Below the pieces are notes generated by a model. That model did no database searches and was not told where the DNA came from. It saw only the letters and a program-made list of their open reading frames with translations. The position numbers and the translations under genes were made by a program. From Podarcis bocagei (Eukaryota), in NCBI GenBank assembly GCA_964188305.1, contig OZ076892.1: a DNA stretch of 64,000 nt; one strand, given 5' to 3'. Positions 25,301 through 35,270 of this stretch are shown here, one piece after another (positions within the stretch are counted from its first letter, which is position 1; each line of letters starts with the position of its first letter).

Positions 25301-28300
25301 ACTGTCTCAGATTCAGTTGCCGTGTGAAACTATCCCCTTCCTGGATTGATTAGCAACTTGCGTAAAGGTGGGAATGAAGCAGCAATTCTGCCAGCCCATC
25401 TCTTGCACAGTATAGTTTATTAAGTCAAAATCATTGTGAACATGGCCTTTGAGTGAATAAAACCACCTCTGAAAAAGCATTTCATTCATTCCGAAAGAAA
25501 TATTTAATGACAGTTGCTTCAATGTTTCCCCAACATTTACAATTTTCTGTTGGAAGAAATGGTGACTGGCAGTGGGGAGAGGAGGCACCCCCGCCCCAAG
25601 TATAACATCTCTGGTTGCCTGGCACTAGGACAGGTGTAATTGAAGCAACAGTAATTTCTTGGCACTCGTGGAACTGGGTTCTCGAAACCCAAAGAGGCTT
25701 TCTTTACTCTGGCCAGACCAGGTGCAATAGATTTAAAGTGCTGTTAGCTTTAAATCGAGAAGCTGTACCTCTTCTTCCAACAAACAGTAAACACCTGTGA
25801 AGAGCAAATCTGTTGTTAAAAGGGACATTCAGTCTAACACATGTGAGAATATTAATTCCGGCTCTTATTTTTCATTAGTGATGTACTTGAACTACGGGCC
25901 CTTTAGCTCTTATGCTCCAGCTTATGACTCCACATTTGCAAATATCAGCAAGGATGATTCTGATTTAATCTATTCCACCTATGGGGAAGATTCTAATCAA
26001 GGGAATTTTAAGTAAGTAGGCTTATTTTTGTCTTTATCGTGATGACTTTGAATTAAAAACCTCTTTTAGAAATGTTCACATATTGGCAGGTGGGGGGGTG
26101 CTTCTTTTCCTGCTACTGGCATTGGCACTAGCAAGAGAATGGAACTTGACTGCAGCTTTTGTATTCTTTATTTTTGACTAGTCAATGCAGGGGTTTCCCT
26201 GGAATAACACTAACTCAACAGGGAAGCTAGTGAGTTCTTAGTATTTCGATTTTTACATCCCATCCATTACAACCTTTGTCCTAATACAAATAAAAATCTA
26301 AATTGTGGTATGATTCTGAGAGATGCTTTTTCTACGCACATAAGTTTCCCTTGAGGGTCTCAGTTGGATGGATCTCTTCTTGTGTCTCAGCTTTCCTGAC
26401 TGGTTCATAGATTCATAGAGTTGGAAGAGACCCTGAGGATCATCTAGTCCAACCCCATTCAATGCAGGAATATGCAGCTGTCCCATACAGGGATCAAACC
26501 TGCAAGCATGGCATCATCACTGTCATTCTCTAACCAACTGAGTTCTCCAGGTTTTTTGTGAGAGATGAAGGAATGAGCGCTGGGGTTGGGCACCTGCTGG
26601 AGTGGTATTTGGCATGTTAATGTGTAACCACGTCATAGGAACCAACTCCTAAGGGCCAAAGGGGCTTTGCTCCCCCCCCCCCAATGAAATATTTGAGGCA
26701 GCCCCAAAGCTTATGGGCATTGCCATTCAATTGGTGTGTCTGCACAACATCATGTGATCAGTTATGTGGGGCAGGGCTTACCTGGCCCTCCCCCAATATT
26801 TTATTCAAGTTGGCACTCCTGAACCCCATATTTGTAGAATGCTTGCTTAGTGTTACTTTATCCTGGTTGCACCTTGGCTTTTCCAAGACAAATTCAAGTT
26901 GGCATACATTAGGGTATAGTGTGCTCCTCTCCCCCACCACCGCACATACAAATCCCTTTGCTATCAGCTTCCCTCCTGCACCCACCAAATGAAGCGCAGG
27001 TTACACAGACTGATTAGAATACCACCTTTTGCATTGAACATACATAGCTCCAGTTTTTACTATTTCTAGGAAACGTTAGTGATAACTAGCACTGCAAATT
27101 TACACAAGTTACGAGCCTGTGGATAATAATGCATGTCTGCATCCCAGTACAGATGTGAATTTAAAAACCTATCCAAGAAAGGGGAAATCTATAAACTTAA
27201 GAGAAATCACCAGTTAACATCCCTAGTGGTTCTGATATTATAAAACTTTTTTTAAAAGAGAGAACAAAACAAAACCTCAAAGGTAAGTTGTGATTTTATT
27301 TTTATTTGTAAGATTGTTTATTGTAAACTAATTGGCATGCAATTTTGTTGCTTTTATCTTCAGCATCAGTGAGTTCCTGGCAAAATCTCAAGACTACCCA
27401 TATGTAATGGCGGACAGTTTGTTGGATGTTTTGACCCAAGGAAGGCATTCTCTCTCACTCAGAGAACTTGAAAAGGTGAGGCTGCTTGTGTGTGAGCATC
27501 TGTATCAGATGCTCTCTCATTATCCTTAACTGTTCACCCTACAAGCTGAGGCTGATGGGAGTTGCCCTCCCAATATTGTTTAACTACACTTTGGCTACTC
27601 CCAAAGTGTAAATGGTGGAGTGGAAATCATGGCATTAAGGAGTCCATAGACATGGGGACAATTACCCTGGACTGTAAAAAAATCTACATGACAGATATTA
27701 CTTCTGAGACGAGGTACTGGTTCTCTTTGAGAAAGCATGCTGGAGGAAAGGCATACCTTTAGAAATATTTCAAACTATGTTTTTATGTAAGAGTATTTAA
27801 CTCACCTGGATCCCACTGTGAAGTTTTCATTGAGAAATTTATTCCCTGTAATGGGGTTAATTAGCAGAAAACTAGCTTGATAAGATGTGTGTGTGTTATA
27901 ACTAAGCCTGCAATCATGTGCACAGGCTGCTTAAAACCCATCAGCTTTAGGTCAGATTCTTATGTCCCTTCAGTGTCATGGGACCCACAGCAGTATTACT
28001 CCTTCCTGTATCACTGTGGTAATATGAAAAGCCCGGGATTACATAGAAGCCCTCACTGTCCACCTCAAGCAAATATAACCAACATCTGGAAGGCACCCAC
28101 CCTGGAGTGTTTTAAATCAGAGGTAACCAGTTGAAGGGGTTGAGCAGCTTGAAAACTTTATATCCTTCTTTTCCAGTTGCAGCCAGCAGAAGAAGCTGAA
28201 TGTCTGTGTGAAAAGTCTGCTACAAGCAAGGATGTGGAGGTGATACTCTTCTGAATTTGATTGAGGCAGTGAAAGGTTCTCATGCAAGCCAGTTAGAATA

Positions 28301-31117
28301 ATTTGTTTCAAGTGCCAAATTTTATGTACTTCTACATAAAACCGGAACAGCTGACTTGCTCTTTACTGTGCAGCATTGGAGATAAACTTCCAGCTCTGTG
28401 TTGCAACCTTTCATTCATGGCATTAAAATCAAGTTATGTAAAGTTCACCTTATTGTTGTGCCGCGGTCAGATTTTAATTGCAGTCATCTGTATTCTCCAG
28501 CCACAGCTTGTACTATATAAAGAAACCTGTTTTAAATCCTTATTACTTTGAAAGCTAAGCCCTCACAACTGCAAGTTAGTTGCTGCTGCCTGTTCAACAT
28601 AACTGTTGTAAACAGGAGACATTTGATGAAGGAGGTATAAATGTATTACTAAGGTATCCTCATCTGACTCATTGGCAAATGGATGAGATTCTGCAGAATG
28701 GTTTAATTGCCTCTCTTTTGTTGTAAATGTTGAAGATGGAACATAGTCCCAGATATTATAGTTGACCAGCTGATACTAGAGTAGTTCTAAGTCCGCGCTT
28801 GAGGTAATAGAAAACCAATTATAGTGGTTTAAACCATCCCACTTAGTATATAGCAGGGATGGGGAATATGTGGTCCTCCAGCTGTTGGGCCACAACAGCC
28901 CCAGCCAGCATGCCCAATGGACAGCTGGAGGGCCACACATTCCCCATTCTTAATGCCTATTTTTGATCTGAAGAAAAGGTTGAGAGTCACCACAAATGCA
29001 CTGCTTGGTTCAAATATTTTGTATAAATTTGGGTTTTGCTTGATTTTTAAGAACCTGCATTTGTTTGCCATCTACAGATTCTGGAAACAGCTCAACCAAG
29101 TAGGTTTGACTCCTCTCTCAGTAAGGAGAGGCTGACAGCACTGAGAGCAGTAACCAATTTTGGAATGCCTGTGGAGGAGTTTGACTCAGAAGGTGAGTGG
29201 CATGAGCTGGGCACTTGTTGCTTTGCAAGGCCTCTTGGCACATTCCAGCCCAGCTGATGTCTGCCCAAAACTTCACTTTCAATTGAACAGAAGCGGAGGT
29301 CTTCCAGAAAAAACTTGACGAAACCACAAAATTGCTTCGGGAGCTTCAAGACGCTCAGAATGAACGACTAAGTACGAAGCCACCTCCGAACATGATCTGC
29401 CTTTTGGGCCCATCTTACAAAGAGATGCACTTGGGTAAGTGTGTTGCTCCTGGCACGTGAAACCTTTAAATTTTAGACACGTCCTGGTTCTTTAGTCTAA
29501 CCTCTGCCCTGCTACTAACTTCTTTAAAATGGATGCTGGTTGTCTTGGTAACCACATTTATCAAATGGAGCAGCATTGCCACGACAATATAGGGACATCG
29601 CCTTCCTGGATGTCATAGAAGAGTGGAAGATGTGTGGTTGCTGGCGGGGATTGAAATGCTAGTTACTGCAAGCTGAAGGGGATTCCTTTATGCCTTGCTG
29701 GCTGCTGCAGGCAGAGGGGCCAAGCCTGGAAAGCTAGATGAAAGTAATCTTCCCTTGCCCCCACTATCTGAAGTCATGATGGACAGGGCAGGGCCAGCAA
29801 AGACTCTGCAGCTAGTGCACAGAGCAAGTTAGATACGGTAGCCACAACATAAGTAAAATACATCTTGCACTGCGTTTTTAGAAATGCAGCAATGGGAAAC
29901 AAGGTAGTGCATTTCACTTCCTTATTGTTCGTATTGTTATACCGTATGGAGGGCTGCATGGCTTACTGTGCATGAGGTGATTTTGCTTGCTTTGCTCCTC
30001 TGTGCTAGAGCACTGGCCCCCTAACCACAATTCCTGGGGGCTTAGTGATATGTCAAAACCAGGGATTGTGGTTTGTATGGAGTGAAGCAAATTAGGACCT
30101 TCTCAGTAGAACGCTCTCCCATCTGATGCCAACCCTCTTCAGGGAACCTTTTAATGGTTGATGTTTTATTGTGTTTTTAATATTTTGTTGGGAGCCACCC
30201 AGAGTGGCTGGGGCAACCCAGTCATATGGGTGGCATATAAAAAATTATGATGACCTTTGACTAGGATATAGTACTAAGCCAGTGACCATGGTTTGTTCCC
30301 ATGCACCAGTAGAGAAAATGGCCCAGATAGGTGAGTGATTCATTGTAAATCATTAACTCTGCCCCACTTTACATGTCATGGAAAACCAATGTGTGCCAAC
30401 TAGCTTTATATGACAAAACCCTGCACTTTTAGGCGGTTGGGGGGCAATTAACAGACTCTCGATAAACCTTATAAAGTCGTATCAATGTTTTACTATTAAC
30501 TTTTCCAGCGGAGAGAGTGACAAGTAATCTAAAAGAGCTTGCACAACAAGTGGCTCCAGGAGATATTGTGAGCACATATGGCATCCGTAAAGCGATGGGG
30601 ATTTCAGTTCCTTTACCAGATGCCATGGACAGCTTTGTTGACTTAACAGATGGTGAGTAACCACAGTGCATTTCAGCAGGTCCCCATAGATCGGTTGTCC
30701 TGGATGTGGTTCATGAGTTGCTCACCACATGGAGTAACTACAGTAAGATAGTCTGTAAACTAGCACTTAAGAGGTACTTAACCCACAGAAGAAATAAACA
30801 GTGAGAAAGTCTGACTTCTGTGTTGACCCTATCGTGTTGGACTAGTTAGAGCTGGAAGATGTGCCTAAATCTGACTTTGGCACATTTTTGGCTTGACATT
30901 TCCCCTTCCCTGCAGTGAGAGCTGCTTGTTAATTCTGAAGCAGATTCACACCATTGTCTGTCTAAATAGAGAGAAGCTAATATACCTCCACCTGTTTCCT
31001 TAGTCAAAATAAGCAAAGTAATAGGCTGATAATGCTTTTTCCTCCCCAGAAGCAGAGGAACCTCCAAAAGCTCCTGTTCTCATTGGAAATGAATGTGAAC
31101 CAGTTGGTGGTACATGA
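10156..31117 (+). CDS. BRD7: Bromodomain-containing protein 7 (PBAF subunit), complete spliced CDS, 17 exons, ~655 aa
   Basis: Exons splice in frame via GT-AG introns (sum 1968 nt). N-terminus MGKKHKKH..EYVEKPLKLVLKVGG, bromodomain KDPNAFFSFPVTDFIAPGYSMIIKRPMDFSTM..NAMVYNKPETIYYKAA and DUF3512 region YLNYGPFSSYAPAYDSTFANISKDDSDLIY match BRD7 as recalled. Neighbouring ADCY7 fits known synteny. Confidence 0.97.
12239..12447 (+). CDS. BRD7: BRD7 exon 2 (EYVEKPLKLVLKVGG...KRKGK; basic NLS-like region)
   Basis: tttcctag acceptor, 209 nt, donor GTAGCT. Confidence 0.95.
13161..13290 (+). CDS. BRD7: BRD7 exon 3 (DDKKKRDRD...SSLAKQE)
   Basis: ccacag acceptor, 130 nt, donor GTAGGA. Confidence 0.95.
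14223..14280 (+). CDS. BRD7: BRD7 exon 4 (EVEQTPLQEALNQLVRQLQR)
   Basis: tcctag acceptor, 58 nt, donor GTGAGT. Confidence 0.95.
14384..14428. repeat. (TTTC)n microsatellite; others: (AG)n ~6950-6988, (TG)n ~16354-16381
   Basis: Directly visible. Confidence 0.95.
14677..15031 (-). mobile_element. Sauria SINE in BRD7 intron 4
   Basis: (AAAGGT) tail, A/B-box head, 12-bp TSD CAGAGGGCATTA at 14665-14676 and 15032-15043. Confidence 0.92.
15959..16103 (+). CDS. BRD7: BRD7 exon 5 (bromodomain, KDPNAFFSFPVTD...SIEELK)
   Basis: taacag acceptor, 145 nt, donor GTGCTT. Confidence 0.96.
17569..17679 (+). CDS. BRD7: BRD7 exon 6 (bromodomain, ENFKLMCTNAMVYNKPETIYY...ILSQ)
   Basis: atacag acceptor, 111 nt, donor GTAACT; conserved acetyl-lysine-binding Asn (YN) present. 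Confidence 0.96.
18500..18678 (+). CDS. BRD7: BRD7 exon 7 (ERIQSLKQSIDFMADLQK...PSKELK)
   Basis: ccttag acceptor, 179 nt, donor GTAATT. Confidence 0.93.
19722..19845 (+). CDS. BRD7: BRD7 exon 8 (KEKELLEEK...GGKLTKRPANAQ)
   Basis: ttctag acceptor, 124 nt, donor GTAAAC. Confidence 0.94.
20090..20165 (+). CDS. BRD7: BRD7 exon 9 (CEFERRKPDGTTTLGLLNP)
   Basis: tttcag acceptor, 76 nt, donor GTAATG. Confidence 0.94.
20942..21049 (+). CDS. BRD7: BRD7 exon 10 (..GRLQSGVNTLQGFKEDKRNKVTP)
   Basis: tggtag acceptor, 108 nt, donor GTAAGT. Confidence 0.92.
21667..22241 (+). repeat. Tandem repeat, ~3.7 copies of a 153-154 bp unit
   Basis: GTGGTTACAAAGCA recurs at 21672, 21825, 21979, 22133. Confidence 0.95.
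22245..22507. mobile_element. Tigger/pogo-like MITE (same family as 3403-3758, opposite orientation), nested
   Basis: TA TSDs; TIR CAGTGGTACCTCGCAAGACGAA. Confidence 0.9.
22687..22946. mobile_element. Short pogo-like MITE with internal 35-bp inverted repeat
   Basis: TA|CCGTATTTTTTGCTCTATAAGAC ... GTCTTATAGAGCGAAAAATACGG|TA. Confidence 0.9.
25879..26011 (+). CDS. BRD7: BRD7 exon 11 (VMYLNYGPFSSYAPAYDSTF...)
   Basis: cattag acceptor, 133 nt, donor GTAAGT. Confidence 0.94.
27364..27475 (+). CDS. BRD7: BRD7 exon 12 (ISEFLAKSQDYPYVMADSLLDVLT...)
   Basis: cttcag acceptor, 112 nt, donor GTGAGG. Confidence 0.93.
28177..28239 (+). CDS. BRD7: BRD7 exon 13 (LQPAEEAECLCEKSATSKDVE), poorly conserved linker
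   Basis: Strong pyrimidine tract + ttccag, 63 nt (57 nt if the CAG ending at 28182 is used), donor GTGATA; the only phase-0 candidate I found at the expected position. Confidence 0.75.
29078..29192 (+). CDS. BRD7: BRD7 exon 14 (ILETAQ...LRAVTNFGMPVEEFDSE)
   Basis: ctacag acceptor, 115 nt, donor GTGAGT. Confidence 0.92.
29291..29434 (+). CDS. BRD7: BRD7 exon 15 (EAEVFQKKLDETT...GPSYKEMHL)
   Basis: gaacag acceptor after a 98-nt intron, 144 nt, donor GTAAGT. Confidence 0.94.
30509..30652 (+). CDS. BRD7: BRD7 exon 16 (AERVTSNLKELAQQVAPGDIVSTYGIRKAMG...VDLTD)
   Basis: ttccag acceptor, 144 nt, donor GTGAGT. Confidence 0.94.
31050..31117 (+). CDS. BRD7: BRD7 terminal coding exon 17 (EAEEPPKAPVLIGNECEPVGGT*)
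   Basis: ctccccag acceptor, in-frame TGA 31115-31117; resembles the recalled human C-terminus (EEPKK..ECGPGGS). Confidence 0.85.
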
Positions 31118-31224
31118 TGCTTCATATGTTAAAAACATAAATGTTTTTAATTCTTTCCTTTTTTAAAGATTTGTCCCAGTGCATGCATGGGCACTTTGTA
31201 TACTTGTGTTATATTTGAATTCTT

Positions 31225-31230
31225 AATAAA
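31225..31230 (+). terminator. BRD7 polyadenylation signal AATAAA
   Basis: First AATAAA ~110 nt after the stop, with TGTA upstream and a T-rich tract downstream. Confidence 0.7.
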
Positions 31231-31954
31231 AACTTTAAAACCAAACCAGTTCTATTTTCCTGACAGATCTAAGAGATGCTTCTTGAATGCAGTGCAGAAT
31301 GAAGCAAGTTGCAGAGTTTTACATTCACACAAATCTTGTTACATTAGATGCTGCCTCTATTCTGCAGGCATTATTTGAGTCATACAGGACTGAGGTGACA
31401 GTGGGCTAGAAAGCCTTAAATTTGACATTTAAAATGGTGCACTTATTATTACAGGAAGTCACATGATGAAGCAAAAGGAAAGCTTATCATGGCCACTGGA
31501 AATGGCTGCTGTGGGCAACAATGTTCAATTTAAATTGAGTCACCCTAGACAAGTTTTCACATCACATCAGACATAACAGCGCCTTTTTGAGTTTACTCAC
31601 ATTCAGCAGAATCCACCTAGAGCTGTACACAGGGCAGCAGCCTTAGACTTGAACAGTTGACTGCTTTCCCTTGAACATACTCCAAAAGCAACTGGCAACA
31701 TAAGAAAAGAAACTAGCAAAGAGGCCTGCTTTGGGGTTTGTTTTTTCCCCCTCAGGCAGCACAATGTCTTTCCTTTGTTGACAGTCAAATGGAGGGCAAG
31801 GTGCTTCATGTAACATTGCTCTTTCATTATAACAGCCTGGGGAAAGTGATCACACAAAGCAAGAATGAAATATTTACTTTTATGAAACACATTTCTTAAA
31901 GAATTTGAAACAATACAAAAGAAGAGCAATTAGGCAACAAACGCATCCTAAATT

Positions 31955-31960
31955 TTTAAT
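31955..31960 (-). terminator. Candidate ADCY7 polyadenylation signal ATTAAA (implies ~3.2 kb 3'UTR)
   Basis: I saw no AATAAA on - between the stop and BRD7. This ATTAAA is followed on - by a U/GU-rich tract (ctcttcttttgtattgtttc). Confidence 0.45.
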
Positions 31961-34900
31961 CTGGGAAATTTAGAATTAAAACAGAAGGTAGACAAGTTAC
32001 CTTGACTTGCAGTAGAATGTGAACAGAAACAATTAAACATTAATACTTGCATTTCACACTTGAGTTTCTGCTGTTGGCATATGACGTTTGATAACTGATG
32101 CCAAACGATGACAAATTGCAAAGATTAAAGGTGGATCCTTTGAACTAAAGCATTCTAACAAATGCACACTAAAGTAAGAACTGAAAGCAGTGTTATCATA
32201 TTTCACATTAACTTGCTGCTATAACAAAATACAATTGCGTAAGTTTCCTTTTTATCCTACCTAGGACTACTCTATCTTGCTACTTTCCAGTGTGACCTAC
32301 TCTAGACAGCTAAGACTTTCCAAAAGTCCTAAAAGCCACAGTAGGACTTGACTAGAAGAGTTTTGTTCCTGTCATGAAACATAGGCACTTCAACCTCCGC
32401 ATAAGTTAATTACACAGTAATTATAATGAACACAACAGGGCTGCATCCAGGGCAAAGAATGCCAGAAATCTTTGCACAGTTAGTCACATTCTACTCTGAA
32501 AACTTTTTTAAAAATACTAGAGTCACAGTCCTCAAGTCTTGGAATGATTTCCATAAACTTCAATTGGATTTCAGTTAAGCTACTCCAGAGAGTGACTTGC
32601 AAATTGGAGCAGAGCCAAAGGCATTCTACAGAATCTCAATCACAGGGAAAAACATACAATTTCAAAATGTTTCATGGTATTCACATTTAAATTTATAGAA
32701 CACTTCAATGCAAAGCCATTCATTTTGCTTTCCTAGGATATGCCCAGGTACTAGTCAACACAGTTCAGTTGTGCTCCACATAAAGTCAGACTGCAAGATG
32801 TGCACTTACCTGAGAGTAAACCCACTGCCCCAGTATGACTTACTTCTGAGTACACATGCATAGCACTGCGCTGCTAAGCATTCCCCCCCCCCCATGGGGC
32901 ACATAAACAACTCTCTGTTCATTTCACATTGTAAACAATTTACACCTTTCCCCCTTGCCTGTAAGACTTAGTGGTTTGTTTCTGGTTCTCCTGTGAAAAG
33001 CCTGTCAGACAGAAGTAATTTTCATAAGATAAAAAAGTTTCAAGGCTAGCCCCTGGGAATACACCTAATGGCAGGTACAGTGGATTGGATCCCAAAAAAT
33101 ATTGAGCATAAGCTGATGGCCCTGATTTGCAAACAACTCAGGAGTTTGCCCATTAATAAAACAGGTAGATTCTAGAGCCATTCTTAAGCTCCTGCAACAA
33201 GCTGGAAAAGCAGATCTCCATCTTTTGCAATTTAGTTTCTTCTTGTACAAGGCTCTACTGAAACCTGTACCTTCTGCATCTTTGGATCCAATCCCGTATC
33301 ATTTAAGCAGACTAAATGAGTTCTACCTGAAAAATTATTTTGTTCAGAAGCCAGCTTTCTGTGCTTTCCCTACTCCCAATTAGCATGCCTCACACAGATC
33401 TTGCATGGTGGCTGGTAACAACACACTGCTGTGAGGTGTTTCCAAAATGAGTTCTGAAACCCATAGTATTTCTCCTTCACCTAGTTAGTTATATAGGTTG
33501 GTATTCAGGGGTCAATTTTGGAGTTGCCTTATGCTGACTTAGTTTGTGCTAAATATCACTGAAGCTAGAAAGAAATAACTCTACAGACAACAGGAGAAAG
33601 AATAATAATTAACAAGTAGGCCCCCCCTCTCAAATTGTCTAATGGGACTGGAGCAAAAACCCATGGCATAGCAAAAGGTGGTAGACATATGAAGTTCAAG
33701 TCCGGCTCAGGGTGGACATTGTATTTGGTTGTGCCCTCTCTGTCCATTTTTATCATAAAAATGTGGAAACAGGTGGCAGCCTCTTGCCAATGATGAAATC
33801 TAGCAATACAATAGTTTGGGAGGGAGGGAGGGGTTCACTAACTGTACAAAATTTGCACTGTAGCTGCCAATGTGCTGCCCTATGGTTTGTTACGCCCACA
33901 AGAGAGATCTGTATCCCCAGAAACTATACTTCTTTTTATCAGACGAATTAAGGAAGACACTGGAAGTTTCTCTGTGCCGTATTTTAAGAGTGTGTATCAC
34001 CCAATTCTGCCTGCCTTACAGCACTGCCATGCCAGCAGTGAAAACTATTTGAAGCTACTCACAATTATAGGAGCAGGGTTACCAAGTGCAAGAATCTGGA
34101 TTTTTACACGCACACTCACACTGCTGATGTTAAGCATGTTGCTGTGGGGCACTAATAGCTGCTGAAACAAAAAGCACCTGCTGAAGTGCAAAAAACATTA
34201 CAACACAAGCAAAAGGTGTACGAGGAGAAGCCACCCACACATTTCCACCCAGAGTGGAAAGCACATTCAAGAACCAAGGCCAAGAATGTTTCCAGACCCA
34301 GGTAACAGAATCCAGAAAAAAATAAGCCATGTGAGCAAAAAATAAGCAAGTTCCTCACATCACTTGTCTTCTGCTCCAGTAGAGAATAGCACAGGCATAA
34401 GCAAAACAGATGTGTATGATATATCCGGGTATGGTTTAGCAGCAGAACAGGATTACCACCACAGAAATGTTTATAAGGACCGGGTTGTGGTTGTAGAGAA
34501 GAATACTGGCAGTGCAACAGTTCCTGGTACTGAAATCCAGTTCTAGGGCAGAGCTGCAGCTCAAAGTCAGGTGGGAGGGTGGGGGAAGCACAACCAAATG
34601 ATAAGAGCACAAGCTTGGTGTACAGTTGATCCCAGAGTCAACCCCTGACATCTCCAGTTAAAAAGTTCTCAGGCAGAGGAGTCTTCGGTCCCATTGCCTT
34701 ATGTAATAAGACTGCTGCAAACTCAAGGCGGTGCTGTGGCCATGGACAAGTGCAATACTGTTAAAACCAGGTCTGAAAGGATGAGGCAGTGGAATGTTTT
34801 AACGAGGCAATTCGTTCAACTGTGAATCCATGAAAAAGGTGCAGAAGTGGAGCTCTGTCCTGTGGCTGCATGGCAGGGAAAGGAGAGAATAATCTGCAAC

Positions 34901-35132
34901 ATGGAGACCTGCAAACTCTTTTGACAGGCACAGCTTTAAAGAGCTTTTCCACAATCCTTTCCTCTTGAGATACAAGTACTACCACTTCTAGTCCGCATTC
35001 GTTTTTGTCATAAGCTCCTTTCCATAAGGAGGCAGAGTTTCCAGGCTTTCCGGAAGGGAAGTTATTTTAAAAACAACCAAGCCCAGCAAGACACAAATTT
35101 TGACCAAACTTCTCAGCAGTTTCTTACTCGAA

Positions 35133-35270
35133 TCAAAGCGCTTGGGATTTGGCTGTATCTGTGCACACAAAGTAAGTCACCAGTTCTCCTTTCCCCTTGA
35201 CGTTAATAAGTCCTCGGCATTCGCAGGCATATCCCAGGTTCTCCAGTATTTTGCAAGTCTCTTCTGTAAC
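35133..35270 (-). CDS. ADCY7: ADCY7 terminal coding exon (VTEETCKIL...[22 protein letters not shown])
   Basis: gcacag acceptor, TGA at 35135-35133. Confidence 0.95.
   Translation of the reverse strand, partial: VTEETCKILENLGYACECRGLINVKGKGELVTYFVCTDTAKSQAL

Noticed and set aside
30916-31017. Reading the BRD7 alternative acceptor as a poison cassette exon with a donor at 31018
   Set aside because: The remaining intron would be only 32 nt, too short to splice.
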